Below are positions 1 through 13,957 of a stretch of DNA of 64,000 bases, piece by piece. The notes beneath the pieces are model-generated. The model was not told the DNA's origin. It made no database searches and worked only from the letters and a program-made list of their open reading frames with translations. Position 1 is the stretch's first letter. The number at the start of each line of letters is the position of its first letter. Both the position numbers and the translations under genes were made by a program. This stretch comes from the human T2T-CHM13v2.0 reference genome, Homo sapiens. Location of the stretch: NCBI RefSeq assembly GCF_009914755.1, contig NC_060928.1; one strand, given 5' to 3'.

Positions 1-1647
1 GAGTTGGAAAAGATGGTAAGCTTTTGTCAGGGTTTTAACATTTTCTTGATGAAACAATAAAAAGAGGTAAGCTTTTTTCTTCTTTTTTTTTAAGTTTTAA
101 ATAAACTCAGATATAATTTGAATACTGAAGAAATTAAGAGACTTTGAACAAAATCTCTTCCCAAATCTAAATTTGATAGGGGAGGTGGAGATTCCAGGGG
201 TGGGTGAAAGAAGAGATAGAACTTAGCAGGCAGACTTAAAAAAAAAAAAAAAGTTCATCATCATAATCTCAATTTTGTGGCTATGACTCCTAATCACGCT
301 TCCTAAGAAGCAAAGGAGGACAAATATTCATGTGCTAGATAGCACTGTGGTGTGGACTTGAACTTGGATTGACCTTAAATTTTATATTCCTCAAATAAAA
401 GAGAGGCAGCGACAAGATACCTCATTATCAGATGCTTGGTTTATACATTTTGGGACTAAAATACTTGGTGATGAAATGACATACACCTTTAAACTTGTTA
501 TGGAGATAGTTTAATGTAAAACCAACTACGGAAAACCCTCAACTTAAGGATACAGCTTGGAAATTGGAACTGCAATTGCCTTTTATTAAAACCATATGGT
601 GTGATGTTTGTTTTTAAAATTATATAAGACTTTATGCTGTCACTTCTCTTGCTGTACTGTAATTCATGTTTTAAATGAATTTGATAATGAAATTATACTA
701 TTATCATTCTTGATGAATACTTTTCTTATTTTTATGATTTTTCTAATGAAACTTTAAACTTTTGAGATTTGAGAGTCTGTTTTCTATAAGTAGAATTACT
801 GTTGTTACAAAATGAAAAAGGACTGACCTAAAATCAGTCTCCTCTTTTGGTCTGTGATGGATTTTAATGGCCGTTCTGTGCTCATATATACCTAAGATGA
901 GATTATATTACATCCACCAAAGACTCAGTTTGAAGATAAGGAATGAGTGATAGAAGAAATAAGGCTGAGATCCTTAAAAGCCTAATTAATTTAACTCGCT
1001 TAACCCATTAGTACTATCTAGTACAAGACCCCTTTTTTTTTGCTGAAATTATGGTATATTTTCAACTTCACTAATTACAAATTATCTAGATTTAGAACTC
1101 TATATGTCAGCATTGACCTGGGAATGAAGTCAGGATAGAGAAATTCCACTTGCCTGTGATGGGTCCTTAGAAGTATCAGCTAAGGAGTGACCCTGTCCTA
1201 TACACAGGGCTCTCTATTACGTTCCATACCCTGGGCCTACCCAAGGTGACATTCCTGCTGTTTACATGGCATAGGCACCTGTGAGATCAGTGTCACAATT
1301 TCATCTTAGAAAGAGGTAGGTATGGCTGCTTTGTCGGTTGAAAGTTAAGGGGAGCCATGATCTACCATATTTAGGAAAAAGTTATTTAAAAAAGAGCAGA
1401 TGGTGGAAAAAGAATGTAAGACCCAGAATTTATCCCTTTGACAATGAATCTGGCCTTTTTAATAGCAGGATGGAATTGATTCACTAGTTTTTGCTAACTT
1501 TCACTTTCAGTAAAGGTTGAGGTGTTGTTTTTGCAATGACTGTGTATTCATTGAGGAAAGGTTTCCAATGAAATTTCATTACTCTGACCTCTTCTAATTT
1601 TTGGTCTTCTTTATATTTACATGTCTTACATTCCACAAAATTATTTA

Positions 1648-1987
<340 letters not shown>

Positions 1988-3901
1988 CTAATTCCTTACT
2001 GGGGATAGAAGCTAATTATTGTGAAATAACCTAGTTTAGAAGTTAGAAGATCAGCATGTCTGAGTTTTTACAGAATTATAATTCATGGTATTCCAAACCA
2101 ACTGTTGTTATTTATTTCCAGTGAGAACCATTTTCCCACTGACCTTCCTCCTTTCAGAGGATGGGGATTAGGAGGCCCAAAGTACTGATTGAGTAGGAAT
2201 ACTTTTTTACTCTTCTTCACTGTGGAGAAAGAAGAGGGCAGGTAGTTGATGATGTCAGGAGAACAGATTTTATGGTGTGGAATACCATACCCAAACACAA
2301 ATGAATCAGATTAGACCACAGAATTGTGATGATGGCAGTCAGAATGTAATACGGTCATCATGAAACAGCACAGTGTGAGAGGTCAAGGTGTCAACCTGGG
2401 AAGTGAGAATCAAGCAGGAGTGTGGCATGGCAACCAGCTCACAGATCCAGAGTTGAGAGGGATCACTACTGCAGCAGTTCTGCTCTGTTACTCTGGTAAG
2501 TAGTAGAGCCACTTTATGAGCCCTTATTTCCTATCTCCCTTATTCTGAGGCCAGGTCAGTGATATGCTATAGTTTCATTTAAGTTAATGGAGTATAAAGA
2601 TGGGATATTTGGGAGCTATATTGTGCATCAGGGTGTCACAGCTGCTACTAGGAGTTACTCCTTTTCATGTCTTTTAAAATACTTTCTACCCATCTTAATT
2701 GCTAAATTATCTTTCAGTTAGTTACAGCGCTTAATTTAAAACCTGTACTGTTTTCATCCTGAATTTAGAACATAAGATTTAGCCTTTGAAGTATAGTTTC
2801 AGACTTTACTAATTTGTTTAATATAATCCTTATTAACATGACAAAATGAAAGCCCCGTTGGGACTTAGTCTAAACAGTAGTCTTTGATCTGAAAGTGTCT
2901 CATATTTTGTGATCTATTAGAAACATAAACCTTTGCTTATGCAGAAGGTCTTTCTTAGAACAATCCTGTAATCTTAGGGTTCATGTGTGACTAGCATTAT
3001 CCTCTCTTTGATGTTGGGTAATAGAGGCTGAACTTTTCTTGTGTATATATAGTTAGTTTTGAGGCCATAAATCTAGGACTTCTCAAAAGATTAGAACATT
3101 TATCCAGTAAACTGACTCCATTGAAGACTTCATTTCTGGAAATACCACATTGCTTCTGCTCTCAATAACTCTATCATTTACTCGTATAAATATTGCTAGC
3201 TGTAATGCACAGAGAAAAACTACCTCATTCAATCTAGATAATTGGGACATCCTTTTCCAGTAAACCCTTTTTCCACTACTGGATAAAATATTAAAATGAT
3301 CAGTTTGAGTGTATGTTAGAGTTCATGTTTCTGTAACTAAAGGTGCTAATAAACTGAAATCAGATAAGGTAGGTTTTTCCAAAAATACTTCTAAATAATT
3401 GACAACCTAGAAGTCAACAATGTAAAATGCATATGGGACTCTATATTAATAGAGAAGCAGGCCAAGAACTTTTTAATGGGATAATTGTCTTCTTTAGGCA
3501 CATTGTTTGCATATTAACGACATGGAAATATTTTCACTCATTTACTTTCATCCATCTATCTGTGCTTTTTCTCACTTTGATGAGTTCTCTCAACTCCTTT
3601 CTAAGAAAAGCAGAGCAGAGCAGCATAGAGTGCGTTAGTAAATGGCCACTGACTCTTGGTCTCAGGCCATAGCAACTATAGAGAGAAGAGTGGGGCTGGA
3701 GACCTCATACCCTGGGTAAAGTGGACATCACTTGTCAGCTCCAGCTAATTGTCACCACAGAGAGAAGAGGGTAAGTCTGAGATGTTCATGTGCATTTCCC
3801 TACATTTTAGAGGTTGACAAAATAGTTTGTGACTTTTGCTTACATTTGCATTCATAGAACTAAAAAAAATTTAACTTGGCTAACAAAATACCACATGCAT
3901 A

Positions 3902-4203
3902 TTTTCTTTTTTATTTTTATTTTTTGAGACAGAGTCTCTGTTACCCAGGCTGGGGGGCAGTGATAAGATCTTGGCTCACTGCAACCTCCGCCTCCAGGGT
4001 TGAAGCGATTCTTCTGCCTCAGCCTCCTGAGTAGCTGGAATTACAGGTGCCCACCACCACACCCAGCTAATTTTAGTATTCTTAGTAGAGACAGGATTTC
4101 ACCATGTTGGCCAGGCTGGTCTCAAACTCCCGACCTCAACTGATCCACCCACCCTGGCCTCCCAAAGTGTCAGGATTACAGGCGTGAGCCTCTGCGACTG
4201 GCC
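3902..4203 (-). mobile_element. AluS, full length
   Basis: Reverse Alu with T-rich tail; TSD ACATGCATATTT on both sides. Confidence 0.95.
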
Positions 4204-4725
4204 AACATGCATATTTAAATTATGCATGCATTGTAGCTGTATACTGTGTGACCACATTTACTTAAAAAAGAGGAAAAAAGGTTACTTGCTTGAGACAGGA
4301 AACTATCACCTTTGAAAGCATATTAAGTAGTTGGCTTACTTTGGAACACACAGTAGACTGAAAATGTGAACTAATACTTTAAAATTGCCGTATAATGATG
4401 TCATTGCAAGCCATTCATCTATCCAATGGGGGAAAATGTGGAGGTCTAGGCTTGTGTTGTCACAAAATACACCTTTTAGATAATCCTTACCTGTACAGAT
4501 TTTTATAACTGTTGTTATCATAAGAGAATGGCTACATCATTATCCTGCCTTTTCTGTGTGTTTATTTTGTTGTTTTTGAAAGTGGACAAAACCTCAAAGC
4601 ACAATTTTGTTCTGATATATCCAGTTTAGTAGTTTATGCTGGTTAAATGATCAAAGTAATTGCTTAAATGTCTTGTGGAATTAGCTGTCACTTTATAGTT
4701 TATGTATTGTGGTGGGTACCTTAAT

Positions 4726-4731
4726 AATAAA
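4726..4731 (+). terminator. Candidate distal polyadenylation signal AATAAA of the plus-strand gene
   Basis: TTAATAATAAAAAG with upstream TGTA and downstream GT-rich tract (GGGTAGTTGGGTTATTGTTTTG). Confidence 0.55.
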
Positions 4732-6363
4732 AAGATTTTTAATGTAATAATATTGCTCATAATTCATGAAAGCTACATGGGTAGTTGGGTTATTGTTTTG
4801 TCTAAGAAGCTAGGTTTATAGCATGGTAAATAAAAACTCAAGATTATAGCTTTCTTTTCTACTATTGAGCTCAATTAAAGGATAATGCATGATTAAAAAT
4901 ATATTTATAAAAATAATTCCAAAGCAAAATTTAGAAAAATGTAAACACAAATGTAAGCCCATCAGCCAACTACCTCCTTGAATCTTAACTCCATATCCTT
5001 CCTCAGATGGTGCTGACAAGATAGTGGATCAGGATGGCACTAGCACCTCTTTGGGGACCTTTCCCAGTTCTGATTGCTTTCCTTTACCCTGATTCAAACA
5101 GAAAGCTTGCCTTTTCATCTGATACCTGCATTTGTCTACTCACCTAGTCCTGAGCTTTTACACCACTGCTTGGGCTCTTATGACTTAGTTTTTGTTGTTA
5201 GCTTTATAAGGGCAGTGGTATGCTTTCTCAGCTTCTAATGTATGGCATATAATAAGTGCTCAATAAATAGTCCCTTTCCCTTGCTGCTTGCTTAATAATT
5301 GGAAATAACTCCCAGGAGATTTTTCATAACCTTCCCTTGTCAGCTCTTTTCCCTTCTGCTGATGCTTTCTTGCTGTGTAAGAGGACTGTTTTTCTAACAA
5401 AGACTTTTTCTCTGTCTCAAATAAAAGAACATTATCTTTGGGGATAAAGAAAACAAAGCAGTTTCCACTGAATTACCATTTATCAGAGGTCTTGAACAGA
5501 ACTAACTTCCCCTGGTCTGACTTTAAAGGAACCTGACTCCTTCCTTAGAATGTAACTTTTCAATTACTTCTCTGCCAAGGGCAACATGTTAAAATAAGGA
5601 GAGCGATTTAACTACACCTGTGTCACCTTGTTTAATTATAGCCTAAGTGGAAAAAGTAGATTATATTTCTCCGGTGAATAATAGAGACAGTAGATTGCCT
5701 GAGTAAGGGGGGTGGACAGGATGGTGGAGGATGGGTGTGGGGTGGCACCCAGGAGTCTTAGGAAACTGCTGCTGGTCAGCAACAGCAACGCCTATAATCC
5801 CTAGGGGAGAGAACCTCATGGGGAAAGAGCTCAGTGGCACGGAGCTCCACTGGGAAAGTAGCTCAGCCCAGACCACTCACTCATTTTCCCCAAGCATGGT
5901 GTGAAAGCAGAGAGCCCTGGACTTCACAAAGCCATGGGGCACTTTGACACTAGTCATCAGTGTGGATGAAAGAGAGTAAAGATTCCCTTTCAGTCCTGTG
6001 GGATAGAGATTCAGATTGTCAGGTTGATTTTAAAAACATGACATTTTTGCACACCAGAGTTTACAGTTGCAATTCATATCTGCTTGAAACTTCCCTAATT
6101 CATGAAGGTAATAACCTTTTTGACACATAGGCATATGAGGTGGGGTCCCTAAAACATTGATTGGGTAACATTAAACCCCATTGGGTATCCTAAAATGGTA
6201 TTCTTCAAACATGAATAATGTGTGTTTAAACAGTTTTTCATGAACCCAAGGAATACCTCATATTGAAAAATACCAACAAAAAAACTAGAGTCTCGTTCTT
6301 CAGAAGGTCTTAAAATTGCAAATCTCATTGCAAAAGAGTTGTTTTTATAACTGGTAAGAGAAT

Positions 6364-7137
6364 TTTTTCAACTTTTATTTTAAATTCAGGGGATACACAT
6401 GCAGATTTTTTACCTGGGTATATTGTGTGATGCTGAGGTTTGGGGTCTGAATGATCGTCACTCAGGTACTGAGCACAGAACCCAAGTTTTTCTTTTTCTT
6501 TTCTTTTTTTTTTTTTTTTTTTTGGTGGAGCAATCAGAACACATACAACATTTATTGATTAGGGTTTGCCATCTTATATGGGTGTGGTTTGTCGCACCCC
6601 CAAAACAATTATGATAGTAACATCCAAGATCACTGATCACACATCACCATGACAGACATAATAATAAACAGGTTTGAAATATTGTGATAATTACCAAAAG
6701 GTGACACAGAAACACAAAGTGAGCACACACTGTTGGATCAACAGTTTTTGAATTCTTGCCCCACTCCCTCCCTCCCACCTCAAATAGTCCCGTGTCTATT
6801 GTTGTCATATTTATGTGTAGCAAATGTTTAGCTCCCACTTATGAGAACATGTGGTATTTGGTTTTCTGTTCCTTTGTTAATTTGCTTAGGATAATGGCCT
6901 CCAGCTGCATCTATGTTGCTGCAAAGAACATGCTTTCATTCTTTTACATGGCTGTGAAGTATTCCATGGTGTATGTGTACCACATTTTCTTTATCCAGTC
7001 CACCATTGATGGGTACCTAGGTTGATTCCATGTCTTTGCTATTGTGAATAGTGCTGCTATGAACATGTGTCTTTTTGGTAGAATGATTTATTTTCCTTTG
7101 GGCATATACTCAGTAATAGGTTGAATGGTAATTCTGT
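6364..7137 (-). mobile_element. L1PB-like LINE-1 3' end, interrupted at 6487-6738
   Basis: L1 3'-end antisense motifs (TTGTGTGATGCTGAGGTTTGG; CTCCCACTTATGAGAACATGTGGTATTTGGTTTTCTGTTCC; GGTTGATTCCATGTCTTTGCTATTGTGAATAGTGCTGC). Confidence 0.85.
6487..6738 (-). mobile_element. Poly(A)-tailed Tigger2-derived fragment inserted in the L1
   Basis: T-rich tract 6487-6523, then Tigger2-like sequence (CCCCAAAACAATTA..GATCACTGATCAC..GTGACACAGA..AAGTGAGCACA..TGTTGGA); TTTATT at 6551-6556; no TIRs. Confidence 0.7.
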
Positions 7138-7163
7138 AATATAATTTTTTAAAAAATTATCAA

Positions 7164-7290
7164 AGCCAGGCATGATACCCTGTAATCCTAGCTATGTGGG
7201 AGGCTGAGATGGAAGGATTACTTGAGCCTGAAAGCTGGAGACCAGCCTGGGTGACATAGTGAGACTTCATCTCAAATAATAAAAAAGTGG
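7164..7290 (+). mobile_element. Alu monomer (FLAM/FAM-like)
   Basis: Single diverged Alu arm with A-rich tail. Confidence 0.75.
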
Positions 7291-7335
7291 AAAAATAAAA
7301 TAAAAAAGCATTCCCTAAAAATTCTTACACAACTC

Positions 7336-7698
<363 letters not shown>

Positions 7699-7905
7699 CT
7701 AGTAATTTGTCTCCCCAAATTGACTTTGTTCTTTACGTGATTCAAAACTAGATTCTCATGTATTAAGTTTGGATAACAATGGCTCTGGAAATGTTTATGA
7801 GGGTACATTTTGGAAATCGAGGGAGTTTAGCCTGCACAAGAAACATGATAGGGATATGTCTTTGAACTATCTGAAAACTGCTATTCATTGGAGGAGGAAT
7901 TCACC

Positions 7906-8153
7906 TTGGGAGGCTGAGGCGGGAGGACTGCTTGAGCCCAGGAGTTTGTGACCAGCGTGGGAAACATGGTGAAACCACATCTCTACAAAAAATTAGCCAG
8001 GCACATGCCTGTAGTCCCAGATACTCAGGAGGCCAAGGCAGGAGGATCACTTGAACTCAGGAGGTTGAGGCTGCAGTGAGTCATGATCTTGCCACTGCAC
8101 TCCAGCCTGGGCAACAAACTGACCCCCTGTCTCAAAAAACAACAACAAAAAAA
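7906..8153 (+). mobile_element. AluJ, 5'-truncated
   Basis: GGAGGACTGCTTGAGCCCAGGAG and GAGGCTGCAGTGAG AluJ-type motifs; A/CAA tail. Confidence 0.85.
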
Positions 8154-8276
8154 GTGATGAGAATATTACTTTCCCAAACAACCATTTATGAACAGTTCTG
8201 TTAGAAAATTATATTTGGTGGACTTTCCCTAAAACTTCTCTTTTTGGTACAAGTACTCGCTTGTCTTTTGAGGCCA

Positions 8277-8415
8277 AAGGTAGATTGAGATCATACCTGC
8301 TTTCATTCCACACTAGTGATTCATAATGGCAAACTCCCTAAGTTCTTTTTCTAACATGTATTGTTTCCAAGAACGATATCCTGCATATGCATTTGTTTTT
8401 TGGACACAAGTCTAG
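8277..8415 (+). repeat. Copy 1 of a ~138-bp local direct duplication
   Basis: Matches 11280-11416 with 5 substitutions and a 2-nt indel. Confidence 0.95.
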
Positions 8416-8849
8416 ATGATTCTTAATTATTCTCAGTCTACTACCATTATGTTAGACTTTTAGAAGTGAACCTTCTAGGAAAGTTGCCATTTGGTAACCT
8501 CAAAAGATGTGCCTTCAAAAAGTGAGTGAACTCATTTCTTTTTTTTAAATAATGGTTCCTTAACATTTGAAATACAAGTTCTTGTCTTTGGTTTATATAT
8601 TATTGAGGTGTTGGTTTTTAGCATTTAAAGTAGTTTAAGCTGCAAATTTCTCATATGGCAAATTTATTCTAATCTCTGAAACCATCTGTTAATTGGAATT
8701 TCTATAGCATTTAAAGAGCTTGATTTGGAGGATGTCAATTACGATACTGGTGGCATAGTAGCAAATCCTATTAGGAGTCAGATTAGTCCTAGTTTTTATG
8801 ATCCTTAGCAAGTTTAGTAAAAAACCTAATAAAACAATAACAGCAATGA

Positions 8850-9010
8850 ATACTTAAATAGCAGCACTATGTGTCAGACACTGTTCGAGGCCCTTTATAA
8901 ACTTTAATTCTTGAAAAAACTGGAGGAAACAGACACAGAAAATTTTCTAACTTCCCCTGGATCACACAGCTAGTGGTGGAACTAGTATAGAAACCCATGT
9001 CGCTGGGTCC
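8850..9010 (-). mobile_element. MIR fragment
   Basis: GGAAACAGACACAGA..AACTTCCCCTGGATCACACAGCTAGT MIR core-like; boundaries approximate. Confidence 0.6.
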
Positions 9011-9399
9011 AGAGCGACATGGGTCTGAGCCGTTGTGCTCCACCAGCTCTTCCAGTCTGGGGATGGGGAGCACCGTTTCAGAGCAGCACTTGCACCATTT
9101 TTGGCAAGTGGTCATTCAGGACTCACTGGAGCATTTCCATTACATATTGGGTTTCTTCTACCATGAAAGCTAACCTCACCATTTATATTATATTCCCTCT
9201 GTTTTCCAAGGGTCTTGCTCTTTTGAATATTTTTTCTCTGTCTTCAATCTTCAACATTCTTTGTAGTACAGTATTGTCACTATCTATATTTTTTCCACAT
9301 AATACTGGCTTCTTTCCACCAGCATTTGAATGGCAAATCCCTTAAAATTTAAAATTTAAAACAAATTTAAAATTTAAAAAATCCTCCCCTTTCTGTGAT

Positions 9400-10700
9400 C
9401 CACCCGCTCGTCGCCTCTTGAGTTGCCTCCATTCTGCCTCCCCTTCTTCAACCTGTTCTAATCTAGCCTTTAGCCTTACTGATTTAGAGAAACTGCTCTT
9501 CACCAAAGTCACCCATGACCTTTTACTAATCCCAACAAACATTTTTGTCTTTGTCTTTTGGAAGCCTGTAACTTGGCTGCCCACTCTCTTCATGCACCCC
9601 CTCTTTTACCTTGAGGTTTGTGACATCTTCTAGCCAAGTTCCCTTCTTACCTCTCTGGCCCTTCCCAGTTTCAAGGTTTCTAGTGACTCTCTGCCCTAGG
9701 GATTTGCTTCCTTCCCACTCTACAGAGTCAGCCTAAGTTTTTTCAGCCACTTGTGTGGCTTCCTTTTCTTGATATATATGTAGATGGCTTGCAGATCTTT
9801 AGCTTACAGCTCTCTGCTGAGCTTCACACCCATATTTTTAGGTCTTATAGTTTATCTCACTTGGATAGCTTGCAAGCTACCTTAGATATGTACAATCTGA
9901 ACTATACCCTTTACATACACACTGACATACACAAGCTGTTTTTATTTCTGTTTCCTCTCAGAGAATCATCTGTCTACCCAGTTGCTCAAAACAAATCGTT
10001 TTCTGACACTTTCTCTTCCCTTACATCACCTCTCCCCCAATTCCCCCACCCCCAACAACTAAATACCATTATTTTAATTCAGGCCATCGTGAACTCAAAT
10101 GAACTATTCTGATAGCCTCCTAAATGGTCTGTCTGCTGCAAGTTACATCACCTTACAACCCCAAAGTGATCTTTCTAGAGTGATCCTGCTGCTCCTGCTT
10201 AAATTACTTTGAAGGTCTTCACTTTGTCATTAGGATAAAGTCCAAACTCTTCCTTGGCTAAGCCTCACTCTACTTGCTTCTCCAACTTTATCTTTTACGA
10301 CTTTGTCTCTCCTTGATAGTTCCAGTCAAGTTTAAGTTCTTTAGTTTACTGAAAGGGTGATGTGTGCCCTCTCCACTCTGAGCCTTCATGCTTATTTTCT
10401 CTTCTGCTGGCATATTTACCAATACTGCCAAGTACCTGGCAAATGTTTACAATTTTTCAGGTCTCATCTTCAATGTAACTTCCTCTGGAAAATCTTTACT
10501 GACTACACCTTGCCCCCCCAGCTAGACCAGGTCAGATATCCCTGCTGTGTGCTTACTGTAGCATTTCATGGCATTTCTGAAACTTTCCTGTAATTGTAGA
10601 GATGGCAGGGACTTTGCTTGTACTGTTCACTGTTGTCTCTCCAGTATAGCGCCTAGTGTTTGGCACCTAGAAAATGTGCAGTCAGTATTTGTTAAATGAG
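9400..10700 (+). mobile_element. Degraded L2 fragments
   Basis: AAACTGCTCTTCACCAAAGTCACC, GGATAAAGTCCAAACTC, TCAATGTAACTTCCTCTGG and the L2 3' end (TTGGCACCTAG..AGTATTTGTTAAATGA); boundaries approximate. Confidence 0.6.
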
Positions 10701-10731
10701 AAGATACTACTTCCAATGGCATATTCTTTGA

Positions 10732-11068
<337 letters not shown>

Positions 11069-11279
11069 TGTCACTTCTATTTAATGATTCTGGTTCTATA
11101 CCCTAAGGAACACAAAGAACAAATCATTAGACAGCCTTCAAATGAATAAAGGAATGTGCTCTGTGCTTCTATTTCACATAGGGCATGGTGCCTAGAATTG
11201 AACAAGCGCCTAGGTGTGGCCTGACCTCAGAGTAGAGTGGAACCATCACTATGCTCATTTGACAGCCTATCCTAGTAAT

Positions 11280-11416
11280 AAGGTAGATTGACATCATATC
11301 TGCTTTCATTCCACTAGTGATTCATAATGGCAAACTCCCTAAGTTCTTTTTCTAACATGTGTTGTTTCCAAGAATGATCTCCTGCATATGCATTTGTTTT
11401 TTGGACACAAGTCTAG
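11280..11416 (+). repeat. Copy 2 of the ~138-bp local direct duplication
   Basis: Matches 8277-8415. Confidence 0.95.
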
Positions 11417-11433
11417 GAGCTTACATTTCTTCT

Positions 11434-11504
11434 TGTTAAACTCATCCAAGTTGATGATGTTAAACTCATCCAAGTTGATGATGTTAAACTCATCCAAGTT
11501 GATG
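11434..11504. repeat. Perfect 24-bp tandem repeat, ~3 copies (TGTTAAACTCATCCAAGTTGATGA)
   Basis: Units start at 11434, 11458 and 11482; no spacers. Confidence 0.97.
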
Positions 11505-12137
11505 TTGAAGCAACATGCCAGTTGGCTAACATGGGGGGGATTTTAGTTCTGTCACTGTATTTGTTTTTCTACCTACTTCATGACATCTAATTTATAAATA
11601 AATCTTACTAGCCATATAATCAGAGACAAGGAACTTAAGCCTGTTTCTTCATGTGTAAATGGGGCTGATAACAGGATCAGGGTTGCTGTGAAGAATACAT
11701 GTGCATATGTTCCCAGAAAACATAGTGCAGTTCTTGGGACACGATATGTACTCAATATATGTTAGCTATTATTATTCATATAATTGATAACAAAGTTGAA
11801 TAGGGCAGGTAGAGGCAGATGCCTTTGTGACATCACTCAAAATCATTCTTCTAGGTTTAGACATATTCATTAATAATGGTTTCATGTCGCCCATTTCTAT
11901 TTATTTTGCCCACAAAAACATTTTAGAGAACTTTGAAATGCCTTTCTCAAGTATAATATGATGTTTCTTAGATTTATTGCCTAGTACTCCTCAACCCTCA
12001 AAAAAAAAGAGAAAATTTTGTTTTCCTGATTTGTTCTTAGTGAGCTACCCAAACAACTTTTTGCCAAGACTTTTTGAATACTACCCTTATTTCTTTTTAA
12101 GACCTAAAAATACATAATAAATAAATAAATCTACCTA

Positions 12138-12830
12138 CTAAGATTATACGAAGTGATTTATTGATACTGGTTAACATCCATTATATACAGGTAGAAACTT
12201 TCAAAATTGTACAAAGAACCATTAAGCATATTGATAAAGACAGTTTTACAGACAAAACAACTGGAAAATAGTTTTAACATACACAATATATAATTATGAA
12301 AAAAATGTAGAACACATATTGTTCTACCAGATAAATCCCAAGGTTATTAAAAGTCTGCTATGCAGACCTTAAGTTGAAAAATGTGTTCAATGGAGTTACA
12401 TGGTTTTAGAAAATTAAGTATAATGTAAAAATTAAGCTTTTTTTTCTCATTGCAATTGGGAGAGGAACTGAGACAACTTTTTACCCCAAATCTATACAGT
12501 TTGAAAAATAATTTATATGTCTAGCATAAAGAAAATTGAGAATGTTTATGGTTCTGTAAACTTTGCCTTTTATGAAATGCAAACCACATCAGTTTTAAAA
12601 ATTAGAAACTGTGCAATCAGAAACAGATTGTTCCCTTTATGGTACAATTGTACCTTAATTGGCTTTATACCTGAGCACCAAAGCTGAAGTTCTAAATGCC
12701 ATCTCTTCCTGGAAAGTTATTCTGAAAATGAGCAAGAAATCAAAACTAGCCTATTATCATCTAGAAAATTAGGCACCAAGAAGGAGATTATCTCCTTGGA
12801 AATGCAACATCAATGACAGAGAAGTTTCAA
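12138..12830 (-). other. SEC24D: SEC24D 3' UTR (cleavage site approximate)
   Basis: Lies between the stop codon (12831-12833) and ~20 nt beyond the AATAAA signal. Confidence 0.75.
12157..12162 (-). terminator. SEC24D: SEC24D polyadenylation signal AATAAA
   Basis: TTTATT on the plus strand, ~670 nt past the stop; TGTA elements upstream and U-rich sequence downstream on the minus strand. Confidence 0.8.
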
Positions 12831-12971
<141 letters not shown>

Positions 12972-13049
12972 CTAGGAAAAAAAAAACAAAACAGTAACAG
13001 CCCCTGGTTATAAACATTATTTGAAAATGGGTCAATTTTGTCTATTTCA

Positions 13050-13620
13050 ATTTTGGCAAACATTATTGAATGCCCATTATGTGTGAGGCTATGGAGGATG
13101 ATGGGAAAGTGCCTGATATCTAGAGTGGAAAGAGGCATGGACCCCGAAACCCCAAAACCTAAGACATACAATTTTAAGTGGCAAAAATGAAACCTAAGCA
13201 GAGTGTTACGGGAAAGGCTTCACAGTGATAGTAACTGTCCCCTGAGCCTTAAAGGATAGGGGTAGGGCTAGAAAGTGTTCCATACTGGAATACATGTGCC
13301 ATGTACCAGAGATACAATTATGGCTGGCATGTAAATTATCACAGGCTTCTTCTAAAAGGGACAAATTATCATCATAATGAGTTTGGGTTTCTGTAGGAAA
13401 TGTGATCCAGTGAAGGTGCAGAAGAATGAAATGAGAGAGTTAAGTGGCAGCAGTATGTACAATACATTCGTGAGATGAGGGACACTAGATAGGAAGTGGT
13501 TTGAAGTGTCTGGGTGGGAGATGATCAGGTTCTGAATTAGAGCAGTGGAGGTGGAAAGGGGGTAGATTGGAGAGATGCTAGAGAGGTTAACACACAGGGA
13601 AAACAGGGAGAACTCCTGTC
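13050..13620 (-). mobile_element. Degraded L2 fragments
   Basis: CAAACATTATTGAATGCCCATTATGTG and GCAGTGGAGGTGGA L2-type motifs; boundaries approximate. Confidence 0.5.
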
Positions 13621-13645
13621 CTTTGCTCATCATGATTCTCTAGAC

Positions 13646-13957
13646 CTGTGCTGTCCAGTACAACAGCCAGACACACATACTATTGAGCATTTAAAATGTG
13701 GCTCATCCAAATTGAGATGTGCTGTAAATATAAGATTTCTATATTTTCTATATAAGATTCTAGAAAAAAATAGATTTCTAGACTTAGTATGAAAAATAAA
13801 ATATAAAAATATCTCAATAATTGATACAGATTACATATAGAAATTATATTTTAGATATACTGGGTTAAATTAATTATTTAAATGAATTTTTTCTTTTTAA
13901 ATGCAGTCATCAGAAAACACAGAATTGCATATTCATTTGCATTACTGGAGAGTGCTG
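13646..13957 (+). mobile_element. MER33-like hAT-Charlie MITE
   Basis: CTGTGCTGTCCA..ATTGAGCATTTAAAATGTGGCT..AATTGAGATGTGCTGTAA..TGGAGAGTGCTG ends. Confidence 0.8.

Noticed and set aside
11434-11504. 24-bp repeats as a CRISPR-like array
   Set aside because: Head-to-tail units with no spacers, in mammalian DNA; a simple tandem repeat.
12781-12797. Small hairpin AAGGAGA-UAA-UCUCCUU in the SEC24D 3' UTR as a Roquin CDE
   Set aside because: The loop is UAA on the transcribed strand, not the Py-Pu-Py triloop; stems this short are common by chance.
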